Source: an uncultured Polynucleobacter sp. (GTDB lineage: Bacteria; Pseudomonadota; Gammaproteobacteria; Burkholderiales; Burkholderiaceae). From it: a stretch of DNA of 44,571 nt. Both the position numbers and the translations under genes were made by a program. This document shows positions 36,282 to 44,571 of the stretch, piece by piece (position 1 is the first letter of the stretch; each line of letters begins with the position of its first letter). The stretch lies in contig CAWUTW010000034.1 in assembly GCA_963925585.1 (NCBI GenBank), positions 1-44,571 of the forward strand. Reading direction: 5' to 3'. The notes under the pieces are model-generated. The model saw nothing but the letters and a program-made list of their open reading frames with translations. It ran no database searches and had not been told where the DNA came from.

Positions 36282-38779
36282 GCCTTAAAGCCGCGTCCAG
36301 TGCGGTTGGATTTAAAGTTGGTTAATAAGTCCGTTTTGCCGGTAGTCAGCAACTTTTGGACTTGCTCCGTCGATATTTCTTGCTGCAATACAACCTTGCC
36401 TGTTTTGAAATCACAGGTTTTGCTCGGTCCCGTATTGCGTTCACAAACATAACGCATGCCATCTTCATAGATTGCGCCAGAACATTTTGGACAAACGCCC
36501 AAGGTAGTACGACCGGTAAAGTCGATGGCCTCTGCATCATCAGCTCCGGCGTTACCAAAATCAAACTCTAACTTAAAGCCGGCATTGGGATAGTCTTTAT
36601 CGTCTTCCGGAATTTCAGTCAGCTGAATGATGGCTGCAAACGGGCGACCGATCTTGCTTCGAAATCCCTGCAACGGTCCGATGGTCTTGTCGCGCAGCAA
36701 CGTTTCGACTTCATCATATTCAAATGCCCGCCCGCCCGGTGTTTTACTAATCGTAAAGCCACATTTTTCGCAGGCAAAGCGCCGGTAATTTTCTTTGACG
36801 GACCCTTTGCAATGGGGACAGAGGGTGGTGAGGGTAGCGTAGTCTCCGGGAATGGTATCGCTGTCGTATTCCTTGGCACGCTTTACGATGCGCTGTGTCA
36901 TCTGCGCAATTTCTTGCATAAATGCAGCACGATTCATTTTCCCTTGCTCAATCAGCGAGAGCTTGTTTTCCCAATTACCAGTGAGATCAGGGCGCGTTAG
37001 TTCTTCCACATCTAGACCGCGCAATAAGGTCATGAGCTGGAATGCTTTAGCAGTTGGTATGAGCTCCCTTGCCTCGCGCACCATGTATTTTTCTGCTAGC
37101 AGCCCCTCGATAATGGCGGCACGGGTTGCGGGAGTGCCAAGACCCTTTTCGGCCATCGCTTCACGCATATCGTCGTCATCAACCCACTTGCCGGCACTTT
37201 CCATGGCAGAGAGTAGGGTTGCTTCACTATAGCGGGCTGGCGGCTTTGTTTTTAAAGCAACTGCCTCGATGGTATCGCTTTGCACCATTTCATTTTCTTG
37301 AACGGCAACCAGTTCATCATCTGCTTGATTGCTGCGGCCATAGACGGCCAACCAGCCTGAGTGAACTAAGACGCGCCCTTCCGTTTTAAAGTGGTGTCCC
37401 GAACATTCCGTTATGCGCGTGGTGACGCGAAACTCAGCGGCAGGAAAAAACACAGCCAAGAATCGCCGCACAACTAAATCGTAGAGTTTTTGCTCCGGCT
37501 CACTGAGGGTTTTAGGTGACTCCAGCGTTGGAATAATAGCGAAGTGGTCTGATATTTTGGAGTTATCAAAAATCCGCTTATTGGGTTTGATCCAGCCATA
37601 CCCTTTTGTTTTTGCTGCGCTATCTCCGTCGCCCTTCAGTATTGCGTTGGCATGGGGGCGATATTCATTGGAATGCGCAGCCAGATTTTCAACGGTCTGC
37701 TTTACGGTTTCCAAATAGTCTTCTGGCAGGGCCCTTGAATCGGTTCTTGGGTAGGTGAGCACCTTATGGCGTTCGTACAAGGCTTGGGCAAGCCCCAAGG
37801 TATTCTTTGCCGAAAAACCAAAACGGGCGTTTGCCTCGCGCTGAAGGCTGGTTAAATCAAATAGCTGGGGCGCTAGCTGGGTTGCGGGTTTTGCCTCTTC
37901 ACGAACGGCGGCCTTTTTATTACGGCATGCAGCAACAATGCTGTTGGCCGCGGCCTCACTCCACAGCCGGCTCTCACGTAAATCTGGCTCTGCAGCATCT
38001 TTCTTAAACTTAGGATCAAACCAGCGACCCTCATAAACACCAGCCGAAGCCAGAAAATCAGCCTTCACTTCCCAGTAATCTTTAGAAATAAATTTACGAA
38101 TGAGCTCTTCGCGCTCGACCACAATCGATAGGGTTGGCGTTTGTACGCGCCCTACCGTCGTCAGAAAGAAGCCGCCGCTTTTACTATTGAAGGCCGTCAT
38201 GGCGCGGGTGCCATTGATGCCAACCAACCAGTCAGCCTCAGAGCGGCAGCGGGCGGCATCCGCTAGGGGCTGCATGTCCGTATCCGAGCGCAGTGCGCTA
38301 AACCCTTCGCGAATAGCGTTGGGCGTCATGGATTGCAGCCAAAGGCGTTTAATGGGTTGACTTGCCTTGGCGTGTTGGGCAATCAAGCGAAAAATCAGCT
38401 CACCCTCGCGACCCGCATCACATGCGTTGACTAGTTCAGCGATGTCTTTGCGCTTGATGAGTTTTTGTAATACCTTGAGACGCGATTCGGTTTTCACAAT
38501 GGGCCGCAAGTCAAAATGGGGTGGCACTACCGGCAAATTGGCAAAGGACCACTTTCCGCGCTTGACGTCATATTCCTCGGGGGCAGCAATCTCCAAAAGG
38601 TGGCCTACAGCCGAAGAAACTACATACTGGTCGTTTTCAAAGTAATCCTCGAATTTAGTAAAGCCGCCTAGGGCCTTGGCAATATCGCTGGCAACCGACG
38701 GCTTTTCTGCAATGATCAGTGTTTTAGGCATGCTGCCCGAAGTCGATTTGGATGCGGTTTTGGTAGTTGCTTTAGCCAC
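36113..38779 (-). CDS. topB: DNA topoisomerase III (type IA) with C-terminal zinc ribbons and a Lys/Ala-rich tail
   Basis: IIAEKPSVA, NACDAGREGE, GRVQTPTL, LTYPRTDS (catalytic Tyr), DHFAIIPT, GLGTPATRA and CPHC/CPKC motifs. Confidence 0.96.
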   Translation of the reverse strand: MAKATTKTASKSTSGSMPKTLIIAEKPSVASDIAKALGGFTKFEDYFENDQYVVSSAVGHLLEIAAPEEYDVKRGKWSFANLPVVPPHFDLRPIVKTESRLKVLQKLIKRKDIAELVNACDAGREGELIFRLIAQHAKASQPIKRLWLQSMTPNAIREGFSALRSDTDMQPLADAARCRSEADWLVGINGTRAMTAFNSKSGGFFLTTVGRVQTPTLSIVVEREELIRKFISKDYWEVKADFLASAGVYEGRWFDPKFKKDAAEPDLRESRLWSEAAANSIVAACRNKKAAVREEAKPATQLAPQLFDLTSLQREANARFGFSAKNTLGLAQALYERHKVLTYPRTDSRALPEDYLETVKQTVENLAAHSNEYRPHANAILKGDGDSAAKTKGYGWIKPNKRIFDNSKISDHFAIIPTLESPKTLSEPEQKLYDLVVRRFLAVFFPAAEFRVTTRITECSGHHFKTEGRVLVHSGWLAVYGRSNQADDELVAVQENEMVQSDTIEAVALKTKPPARYSEATLLSAMESAGKWVDDDDMREAMAEKGLGTPATRAAIIEGLLAEKYMVREARELIPTAKAFQLMTLLRGLDVEELTRPDLTGNWENKLSLIEQGKMNRAAFMQEIAQMTQRIVKRAKEYDSDTIPGDYATLTTLCPHCKGSVKENYRRFACEKCGFTISKTPGGRAFEYDEVETLLRDKTIGPLQGFRSKIGRPFAAIIQLTEIPEDDKDYPNAGFKLEFDFGNAGADDAEAIDFTGRTTLGVCPKCSGAIYEDGMRYVCERNTGPSKTCDFKTGKVVLQQEISTEQVQKLLTTGKTDLLTNFKSNRTGRGFKAYLALAADGKIGFEFEAKAPKAGAAAPAKKRSGASAAAKAEVKPKRVSKAKSPSKT

Positions 38780-38949
38780 GCGTGAACCTAAATTAAGTAC
38801 AGATTATTTAAATTAAAGTAATCCATGCGACGCTGATTTGCGGCGCACTTCCTTTTTTATTATTAACCGATAAATCAAGAACTGTCCAAAATGGCAACTT
38901 TTCCCTGCATTTACAGTTGATTTACATCATTTTTATTGGGCAGGATCCG

Positions 38950-39624
38950 CTATAAATTAGGGCCCTGAGGCAGTTCAGCCAAAATGTCCCCCAAGGTATG
39001 AACGAGCTTGGCGCCATTTTGAATCAGGCTGTGGCAGCCTTCCGAGTAGCCTCCAAGGATCGAGCCAGGCACGGCAAAAACCTCTCGGCCCAGCTCTGCG
39101 GCTAAGCGTGCGGTGATGAGCGACCCCGATCGCTTGCTCGCCTCCACGACCACTACGCCCAGAGCAAGGGCGGCAATTAGGCGGTTACGCCTCGGGAAAT
39201 GAAACGGCCGTGGGCCCACTCCAGGCGGGAATTCCGATATGAGCAGGCCGGAATGGGCCACGGCCTGTGCGAGCGCAAGGTGTTCATAGGGGTAGACGCG
39301 ATCAAGCCCAGTGCCACAAATGGCGCTGGTTTTGCCGAGGGGGGATTTCAGGGCCGCGCGGTGTGCAGCCCCATCAATGCCCCGCGCCAAGCCAGAAACG
39401 ATCAAAAAGCCAGCCTCTACTAGCCCTTTTGACAACTCGGATGCAATATATAGGCCTTGAAGGCTGGCGTTGCGTGATCCCACAATGGCTATGGCTGGCC
39501 GCCCAAATAAAGCAGCATCACCGTATATATATAGAGGGCTAGGCGGATCGCTTAAGTCGAGCAGGCGTTTTGGATAGTCCGGCGAGCCGGGATAAAGCAG
39601 TTGCATGGGTGGATGGTTTCGCAT
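38950..39624 (-). CDS. dprA: DNA processing protein DprA, Rossmann-fold core only
   Basis: YP..L....DPP..LY..G, AIVGSR, SGLARGIDG.AH, FPRRNR, SGSLITA and GREVFAVPG motifs. Confidence 0.93.
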   Translation of the reverse strand: MRNHPPMQLLYPGSPDYPKRLLDLSDPPSPLYIYGDAALFGRPAIAIVGSRNASLQGLYIASELSKGLVEAGFLIVSGLARGIDGAAHRAALKSPLGKTSAICGTGLDRVYPYEHLALAQAVAHSGLLISEFPPGVGPRPFHFPRRNRLIAALALGVVVVEASKRSGSLITARLAAELGREVFAVPGSILGGYSEGCHSLIQNGAKLVHTLGDILAELPQGPNL

Positions 39625-39696
39625 AAATCAATTTTTGAGCACGGGCTTTTGTTTGCCAATCAGCCTGGCCTGATTAGTCTGTAAGATAATTCTCAT

Positions 39697-40212
39697 ATGA
39701 CTGTGTTAACCGTTCTCCACTACCCCGACTCCCGATTGCACAAGGTAGCAAAGCCCGTTGCTGTGGTGGATGAGCGCGTGCGCAAGATTGTTGCCGACAT
39801 GGCGGAGACGATGTACGACGCCCCCGGCGTTGGTCTTGCGGCGACCCAGGTCGACATTCATGAGCGCATCATCGTGATTGACATATCAGAGGAACAAAAC
39901 CAACTGATGGTCTTCATCAACCCAGAAATCGTTTGGGCAAGCGCGGAGAGAAAAGTATGGCGTGAAGGCTGCCTGTCGGTGCCGGAGTTTTACGATGACG
40001 TAGAGCGACCCGATCAAATTCTAGTGAAATCGCTGGATGTAAACGGCAAACCATTTGAAATCAAGGCGGATGGCCTGCTTTCAGTTTGCTTGCAACACGA
40101 AATGGATCACTTGCGCGGAATGGTCTTCGTTGAACGCCTCTCCTTTCTCAAGCGCAATCGCATCTCCCTCAAAATGAAAAAGCGTGCCAAAGAGTTGGTA
40201 GGCCGGCACTGA
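39697..40212 (+). CDS. def: Peptide deformylase
   Basis: [13 protein letters not shown] and QHEMDH motifs. Confidence 0.99.
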   Translation: MTVLTVLHYPDSRLHKVAKPVAVVDERVRKIVADMAETMYDAPGVGLAATQVDIHERIIVIDISEEQNQLMVFINPEIVWASAERKVWREGCLSVPEFYDDVERPDQILVKSLDVNGKPFEIKADGLLSVCLQHEMDHLRGMVFVERLSFLKRNRISLKMKKRAKELVGRH

Positions 40213-40225
40213 GAGAGCACCCATT

Positions 40226-41233
40226 ATGAGGGTCATTTTTGCGGGTACCCCGGATTTTGCGGCGCATGCCTTAGAGGCCATTGAGGCCGCGGGTCATACG
40301 ATTGCAATGGTATTGACCCAGCCCGATCGGCGTGCCGGCCGAGGAATGCATGTGCAAGCCAGTCCCGTCAAGGCATTTGCGCTGGGCAAGGGCATCCCGC
40401 TGCTACAACCGGCATCACTCAACACGAATAGCCTTGACGAGGCAAAAAGAGCCGATGCAATCGCTGCCTTGCACATCATCAGCCAAACGCAGTTTGATGC
40501 CATAGTAGTGGTTGCCTATGGGTTAATCATTCCGCAGGCAATGCTAGACCTGGCCGAGCAGCCTGGACGGCATGGCGCATTTAACATCCATGGCTCACTG
40601 TTGCCGCGTTGGCGTGGCGCCGCACCGATTCAGCGGGCAATTGCTGCAGGGGATGAGCGTACTGGCATCACCATCATGCAAATGGATGCGGGGTTGGATA
40701 CGGGCGATATGGTGATGAGCGAAGCAATTGATATTGGAGCGGATGAGACCAGTAGCAGTTTGCACGATCGCCTTGCCGAATTAGGAGCTAGGCTGATGGT
40801 GCGCTGCCTGACGATGCTGGATGCGCAAGAAGAAACGCCGCGCACCCCCCAGAGTAAAGAGGGGATACGTTACGCCGAAAAAATACAAAAAACCGAGGCT
40901 GAAATTGATTGGTCTCAAACCGTAGCTACCATTGATCGCCTGATTCGGGCATTTAACCCCTTTCCTGGTGCCAGCTCTACTTTGGGCGGCCAAAGCCTAA
41001 AGTTTTGGCGCGCCCGTCCTTTGGTGAAAGAGTTAGCAGACCAATACCAAGGAAGCCATCGCCCCGGATCGATTGTGGGCAAAAGCAAAGATGGTTTTGT
41101 GGTGTGGTGTAAGGATGGCGCATTAGAGGTATTGGAGATACAAAAGCCAGGCGGTAGACATACATCTGCAGCGCAATGGATTCAATCAGAAAAGCCGGCG
41201 GGCGTATTGCAATTTACTAAAACGACTGCCTAG
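40226..41233 (+). CDS. fmt: Methionyl-tRNA formyltransferase
   Basis: FAGTPDFA, TQPDR..GRG, NIHGSLLPRWRGAAPIQ and MDAGLDTG motifs. Confidence 0.99.
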   Translation: MRVIFAGTPDFAAHALEAIEAAGHTIAMVLTQPDRRAGRGMHVQASPVKAFALGKGIPLLQPASLNTNSLDEAKRADAIAALHIISQTQFDAIVVVAYGLIIPQAMLDLAEQPGRHGAFNIHGSLLPRWRGAAPIQRAIAAGDERTGITIMQMDAGLDTGDMVMSEAIDIGADETSSSLHDRLAELGARLMVRCLTMLDAQEETPRTPQSKEGIRYAEKIQKTEAEIDWSQTVATIDRLIRAFNPFPGASSTLGGQSLKFWRARPLVKELADQYQGSHRPGSIVGKSKDGFVVWCKDGALEVLEIQKPGGRHTSAAQWIQSEKPAGVLQFTKTTA

Positions 41234-41291
41234 GCCGTGGACAAAAAAACAGAGTGCACAGACGAATACGCGCAATGGTCAATTTAGAATT

Positions 41292-42656
41292 ATGGTGCGC
41301 TCGACTAGCGGCAGTTGGGGGATGGTGATGCCACCAAAAGTACCGCCCCAAAATCTGCCTTTATCGCAGGCGATCACGATTTCGGCACAAGCCATTGGCG
41401 AAGTCATATTGGGTAGGTCCTTGACCCATGTTTTAGAAGAGCTAGAGCCACAGGAGCGGCCCATCGTTCAAAGTATTACGTTTGACACCTTTCGTCGCTG
41501 GACACGTTCACATGCGCTGATAAAAGAGTTCGTGCCAAAGCCACCAAGTAAACCAGTAGAGCACGTCTTGGCAGTCGCAATTACACTTTTACTGGACCGC
41601 ACTGATGTGGCCAAAAAAGGCTATGCAACCCACACCATCGTCAATGAGTCCGTAAGCGCATGCGGCCAATACGATGAAACGATCTATGCAAAAGGCTTGA
41701 TAAATGCCGTGCTGCGAAAAGTCAGTGCTGCCTTGGATGCGCAGGGCACAAAACGACCAGACCATAACAGCGTCGGCGAGTCCTACTTTCCACCCTGGTG
41801 GATTGTTAATCTGAGAAAAAATTATCCGAAGGCGTGGCAATCCATTTGTTTACAACAATCGCAGCGCCCACCATTAACTCTGCGTGTCAATCGGCGCGCA
41901 ATTTCCCTTGTCGATTACGCCGCAGTATTGCAGGCCGCACAGATCGAGGCTGAACCAATAGAGCAAGTTGCCAATACCCTACTCGATGCCGCCTTAGTAA
42001 TCAAAGAGCCTTTACCAGTTGCGAGCATCCCAGGATTTTTTGATGGACTGGTTTCGGTTCAGGATGCAGGCGCGCAGCTTGCGGCTTCGCTCCTTCTTCC
42101 GACGGCAGGCGAGCGTGTGCTTGATATGTGTGCAGCGCCTGGCGGCAAGGCTGCCCATTTGCTCGAGTGTGCAGATATTGATCTAGTAGCGATCGACGTA
42201 GATCAAGAGCGATTAAAGCGCGTGAGTGAGACGTTTAGTCGCCTGAAGCTGAGCGCCGAGCCTGAACAAATAATCGAATGCATTGCCGCCGACGCGGCAG
42301 CGCTGGGCTGGTGGGACAACAGACCCTTTGACAAAATACTGATTGATGCGCCGTGCTCCGCTTCCGGGATTGTGAGTCGTCATCCCGACATTCCTTTTTT
42401 GCGCCGTGCAGATGACATTGCTGATTTACAAGGCCGTCAACGCACTCTATTGGAAGCCGGTTGGCGTGTATTGAAAGAAGGTGGATTGCTACTCTATATC
42501 ACCTGCTCTATTTTTCCAGAAGAGGGTAAAGACCAGGCAGAATGGTTTATGGCAGGGCATCAGAATGCGTTACGATTAGATGCTCCCGGACAAATACTGC
42601 CTGGCCACCTGCACGACGGTTTTTACTATGCTCTCTTTAAAAAGAATGGGCTATGA
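41292..42656 (+). CDS. rsmB: 16S rRNA C967 methyltransferase (Sun/Fmu); the true start may be ATG 41322 or 41328
   Basis: NusB-like N terminus (NAVLR), VQD.GAQ, LDMCAAPGGK, DAPCSASG and YITCS motifs. Confidence 0.96.
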   Translation: MVRSTSGSWGMVMPPKVPPQNLPLSQAITISAQAIGEVILGRSLTHVLEELEPQERPIVQSITFDTFRRWTRSHALIKEFVPKPPSKPVEHVLAVAITLLLDRTDVAKKGYATHTIVNESVSACGQYDETIYAKGLINAVLRKVSAALDAQGTKRPDHNSVGESYFPPWWIVNLRKNYPKAWQSICLQQSQRPPLTLRVNRRAISLVDYAAVLQAAQIEAEPIEQVANTLLDAALVIKEPLPVASIPGFFDGLVSVQDAGAQLAASLLLPTAGERVLDMCAAPGGKAAHLLECADIDLVAIDVDQERLKRVSETFSRLKLSAEPEQIIECIAADAAALGWWDNRPFDKILIDAPCSASGIVSRHPDIPFLRRADDIADLQGRQRTLLEAGWRVLKEGGLLLYITCSIFPEEGKDQAEWFMAGHQNALRLDAPGQILPGHLHDGFYYALFKKNGL

Positions 42657-43243
42657 CCCAGCGCCTTAACCAACTCCTTCTATCGGCAATTGTGCTGGCG
42701 GGTCTTTTGCTGGCGCCCGCCGCAAATGCAGAGGGCATTAAGGTCAAGTTTTTTGAGCTTGAGCGCGTAGAGTCCGAATGGTTTTTAAATGCAGCCTTTC
42801 AGATTGAGCTATCTCCTGGGCTGGAGGATGCCATTCAAAAAGGAGTGGTGCTGCACTTTCAGACCGAATTTGAGTTAACCCGATCACGATGGTATTGGTT
42901 TGATGAGCGACCCGTTTTGGCGTTGCGGCAAACCCGACTCTCTTATCAGCCCTTAACGAAGCAATTCCGTATTGCCTCTGGTGGCCTCACTTTCACAGCG
43001 CAAACGATTGCAGAGGCATTGCAGGTTGTTGCTAGCATTGGCGGTTGGCGCGTCATAGATGGTCCAGGCGTTGATCCCAGCAAGCCTTATTCTGCGGCGC
43101 TGCGCATGAGCCTTGATTTGAGCAAGCTGCCCAAGCCATTTCAGGTTAACGCACTCAACAATAAAACATGGAATGTCTCTAGCGATTGGACCCGCTTTAC
43201 GTTTACGCCAGATGCGCAATCTGTATTGAAGCGCCAAGAGTGA
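42653..43243 (+). CDS. DUF4390-like periplasmic protein
   Basis: Signal peptide; L.DA..KGV.L.F, RWYWFDE, LSYQPLT and LPKPFQVNA motifs; typical position between rsmB and an NtrY-like kinase. Confidence 0.8.
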   Translation: MTQRLNQLLLSAIVLAGLLLAPAANAEGIKVKFFELERVESEWFLNAAFQIELSPGLEDAIQKGVVLHFQTEFELTRSRWYWFDERPVLALRQTRLSYQPLTKQFRIASGGLTFTAQTIAEALQVVASIGGWRVIDGPGVDPSKPYSAALRMSLDLSKLPKPFQVNALNNKTWNVSSDWTRFTFTPDAQSVLKRQE

Positions 43244-43253
43244 GCATCGTCAA

Positions 43254-44571
43254 ATGAGCTTTCTTCGCTTCGATAGGGCTGCCTGGAAGCGCCGTGCCCT
43301 GCCAATAGCAACTGCTGCCACGGGCATTTTTGCGCTTGCCTTGTTAGTGCTCCTGTCCACTGCAACTTCAAACACCACCTTTTTCGATAATTACTTTATT
43401 TGGCTTTACGCCGCCAATGTAGTGGTTGGTGTTTGTTTGCTACTGGTTATCGTGATTTTGGTCGTCGTGATTACCATTCGCTGGAAAAAAGGCCGTTTTG
43501 GCACGCGCTTAATTGCCAAGCTTGCGATGATTTTTGGTCTCGTGGGCGTAGTCCCGGGACTAATTCTATATGGCGTTTCCTTGCAGTTCGTGTCACGTAG
43601 CATTGATACGTGGTTTGATGTGAAAGTGGAGTCAGCCCTAGAGGCTGGACTCGAGCTTGGGCGCGCGACATTAAGCGCTTCCTTGCAAGAGCTACAAGAT
43701 GAGGGCCGCATTGTTGCTGATCAGGTGCAGCGCATTCCAAATCAAGCCAGCCCAGCAGAGCTAACCTTATTACTTTCCCGCATGCGCGATCAGTTTAGCA
43801 TTCAAGAAATTACGATTTTCAATGCACGGCAAGCCGTAGTTGCTACGGCATCATCGAGCGTGGCATCGAGTATGGCAGTGGCACCAAGTGCAGAGATCAT
43901 GAGCCAAGCCAATAAAGTGAATGGCGTTGGCTTTATAGAAGAGTTGCAGGGTACCCAAGACTATCGCCTGAAAGCAGTCATTCCACTCGTAAAAGAAAAG
44001 CTGGGCAGCGGCCAAGGCTTTGGGCTTAGTCTGCAGTATCAACGCGAGCTCTGGTACTTGCAGCTGATTAAACGGGTCCCGGACGAGATTACAAAAAACA
44101 CGCTCGCTGTGCAGGCGGCGTATAGCGATTACCAAGAAAAATCTTTGGGTCGAACCGGTCTTCGCCAAATGTACATCGGCACCCTTACGCTCACCCTGTT
44201 CTTTGCCTTGTTTGTGGCGGTTACTTTGGCCCTGTTGCTGGGCAGGCAGTTGGCACGTCCACTGCTCATGCTGCTGCGCGGAACGCAGGCCGTTGCGCAG
44301 GGCGATCTTTCCCCTAAGCCAGAACTGGATACGGGGGATGAGCTGGGCATGTTGACACGTCAATTTAATGTCATGACGCGGCAGTTGGCCGATACTCGAA
44401 CCTCACTGCAAGAATCCAAGTCGTTTCTGGAGACGGTATTAAGCAATTTAACCGCCGGGGTCTGCATTTTTGATGATGGTTTTAAGTTGGTTTCGAGCAA
44501 TGCTGGTGCCGACGCTATTTTTAGGCACGACCTAACTCAGCTTGCTGGCAAAGTGCTGAGCCAAATTCCGG
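43254..44571 (+). CDS. NtrY-like sensor histidine kinase, 5' part (runs off the right edge; absent from the ORF track)
   Basis: Translated by hand from ATG 43254: MSFLRFD...NTTFFDNYF...KKGRFGTRL...VPG...FVSRSIDTWF...LARPLL.L..GT.AVA.GD (HAMP) DELG.LT..FN.MT.QL, followed by the start of a PAS domain. Confidence 0.9.
   Translation, partial: MSFLRFDRAAWKRRALPIATAATGIFALALLVLLSTATSNTTFFDNYFIWLYAANVVVGVCLLLVIVILVVVITIRWKKGRFGTRLIAKLAMIFGLVGVVPGLILYGVSLQFVSRSIDTWFDVKVESALEAGLELGRATLSASLQELQDEGRIVADQVQRIPNQASPAELTLLLSRMRDQFSIQEITIFNARQAVVATASSSVASSMAVAPSAEIMSQANKVNGVGFIEELQGTQDYRLKAVIPLVKEKLGSGQGFGLSLQYQRELWYLQLIKRVPDEITKNTLAVQAAYSDYQEKSLGRTGLRQMYIGTLTLTLFFALFVAVTLALLLGRQLARPLLMLLRGTQAVAQGDLSPKPELDTGDELGMLTRQFNVMTRQLADTRTSLQESKSFLETVLSNLTAGVCIFDDGFKLVSSNAGADAIFRHDLTQLAGKVLSQIP

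Noticed and set aside
43240-43257. GTG start overlapping the DUF4390 stop as the kinase start
   Set aside because: That frame stops after five codons; the open kinase frame begins at ATG 43254.

Overview
The window covers the replication-origin region of a streamlined betaproteobacterial (Burkholderiaceae) chromosome. The 16S sequence and compact gene order look Polynucleobacter-like, but the species cannot be determined from this sequence. From left to right it holds: the 5' part of a 16S rRNA gene (- strand) with its promoter and boxA; GNAT; BON/gmhA/rsmI; cytochrome c5; tRNA-Arg(CCG); a fatty-acid desaturase, a small CxxC protein and an orphan gcvH; priA and hemE; the complete atpIBEFHAGDC operon; parB-parA-rsmG-mnmG with two perfect parS sites; TauE, DUF3717 and a SET-domain gene; gyrB-dnaN-dnaA with DnaA-box clusters on both sides of dnaA (oriC); rpmH-rnpA-yidD-yidC-mnmE; pckG; a stand-alone MnmC oxidase domain; topB; a short dprA; def-fmt-rsmB-DUF4390; and a truncated NtrY-like sensor kinase. 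I saw no mobile elements, prophage genes or CRISPR arrays. The most notable non-routine signals are: (1) a second DnaA-box and IHF-site module between hemE and priA with a datA-like layout; (2) a 169-bp convergent dual-coding overlap in which an MnmC-like C-terminal motif is encoded opposite the Lys/Ala tail of TopB; (3) a desaturase - small four-Cys protein - orphan GcvH cluster; (4) a SET methyltransferase coupled to gyrB; (5) repeated leaderless-mRNA promoter signatures. All functional calls come from motif recognition by eye, without database searches.
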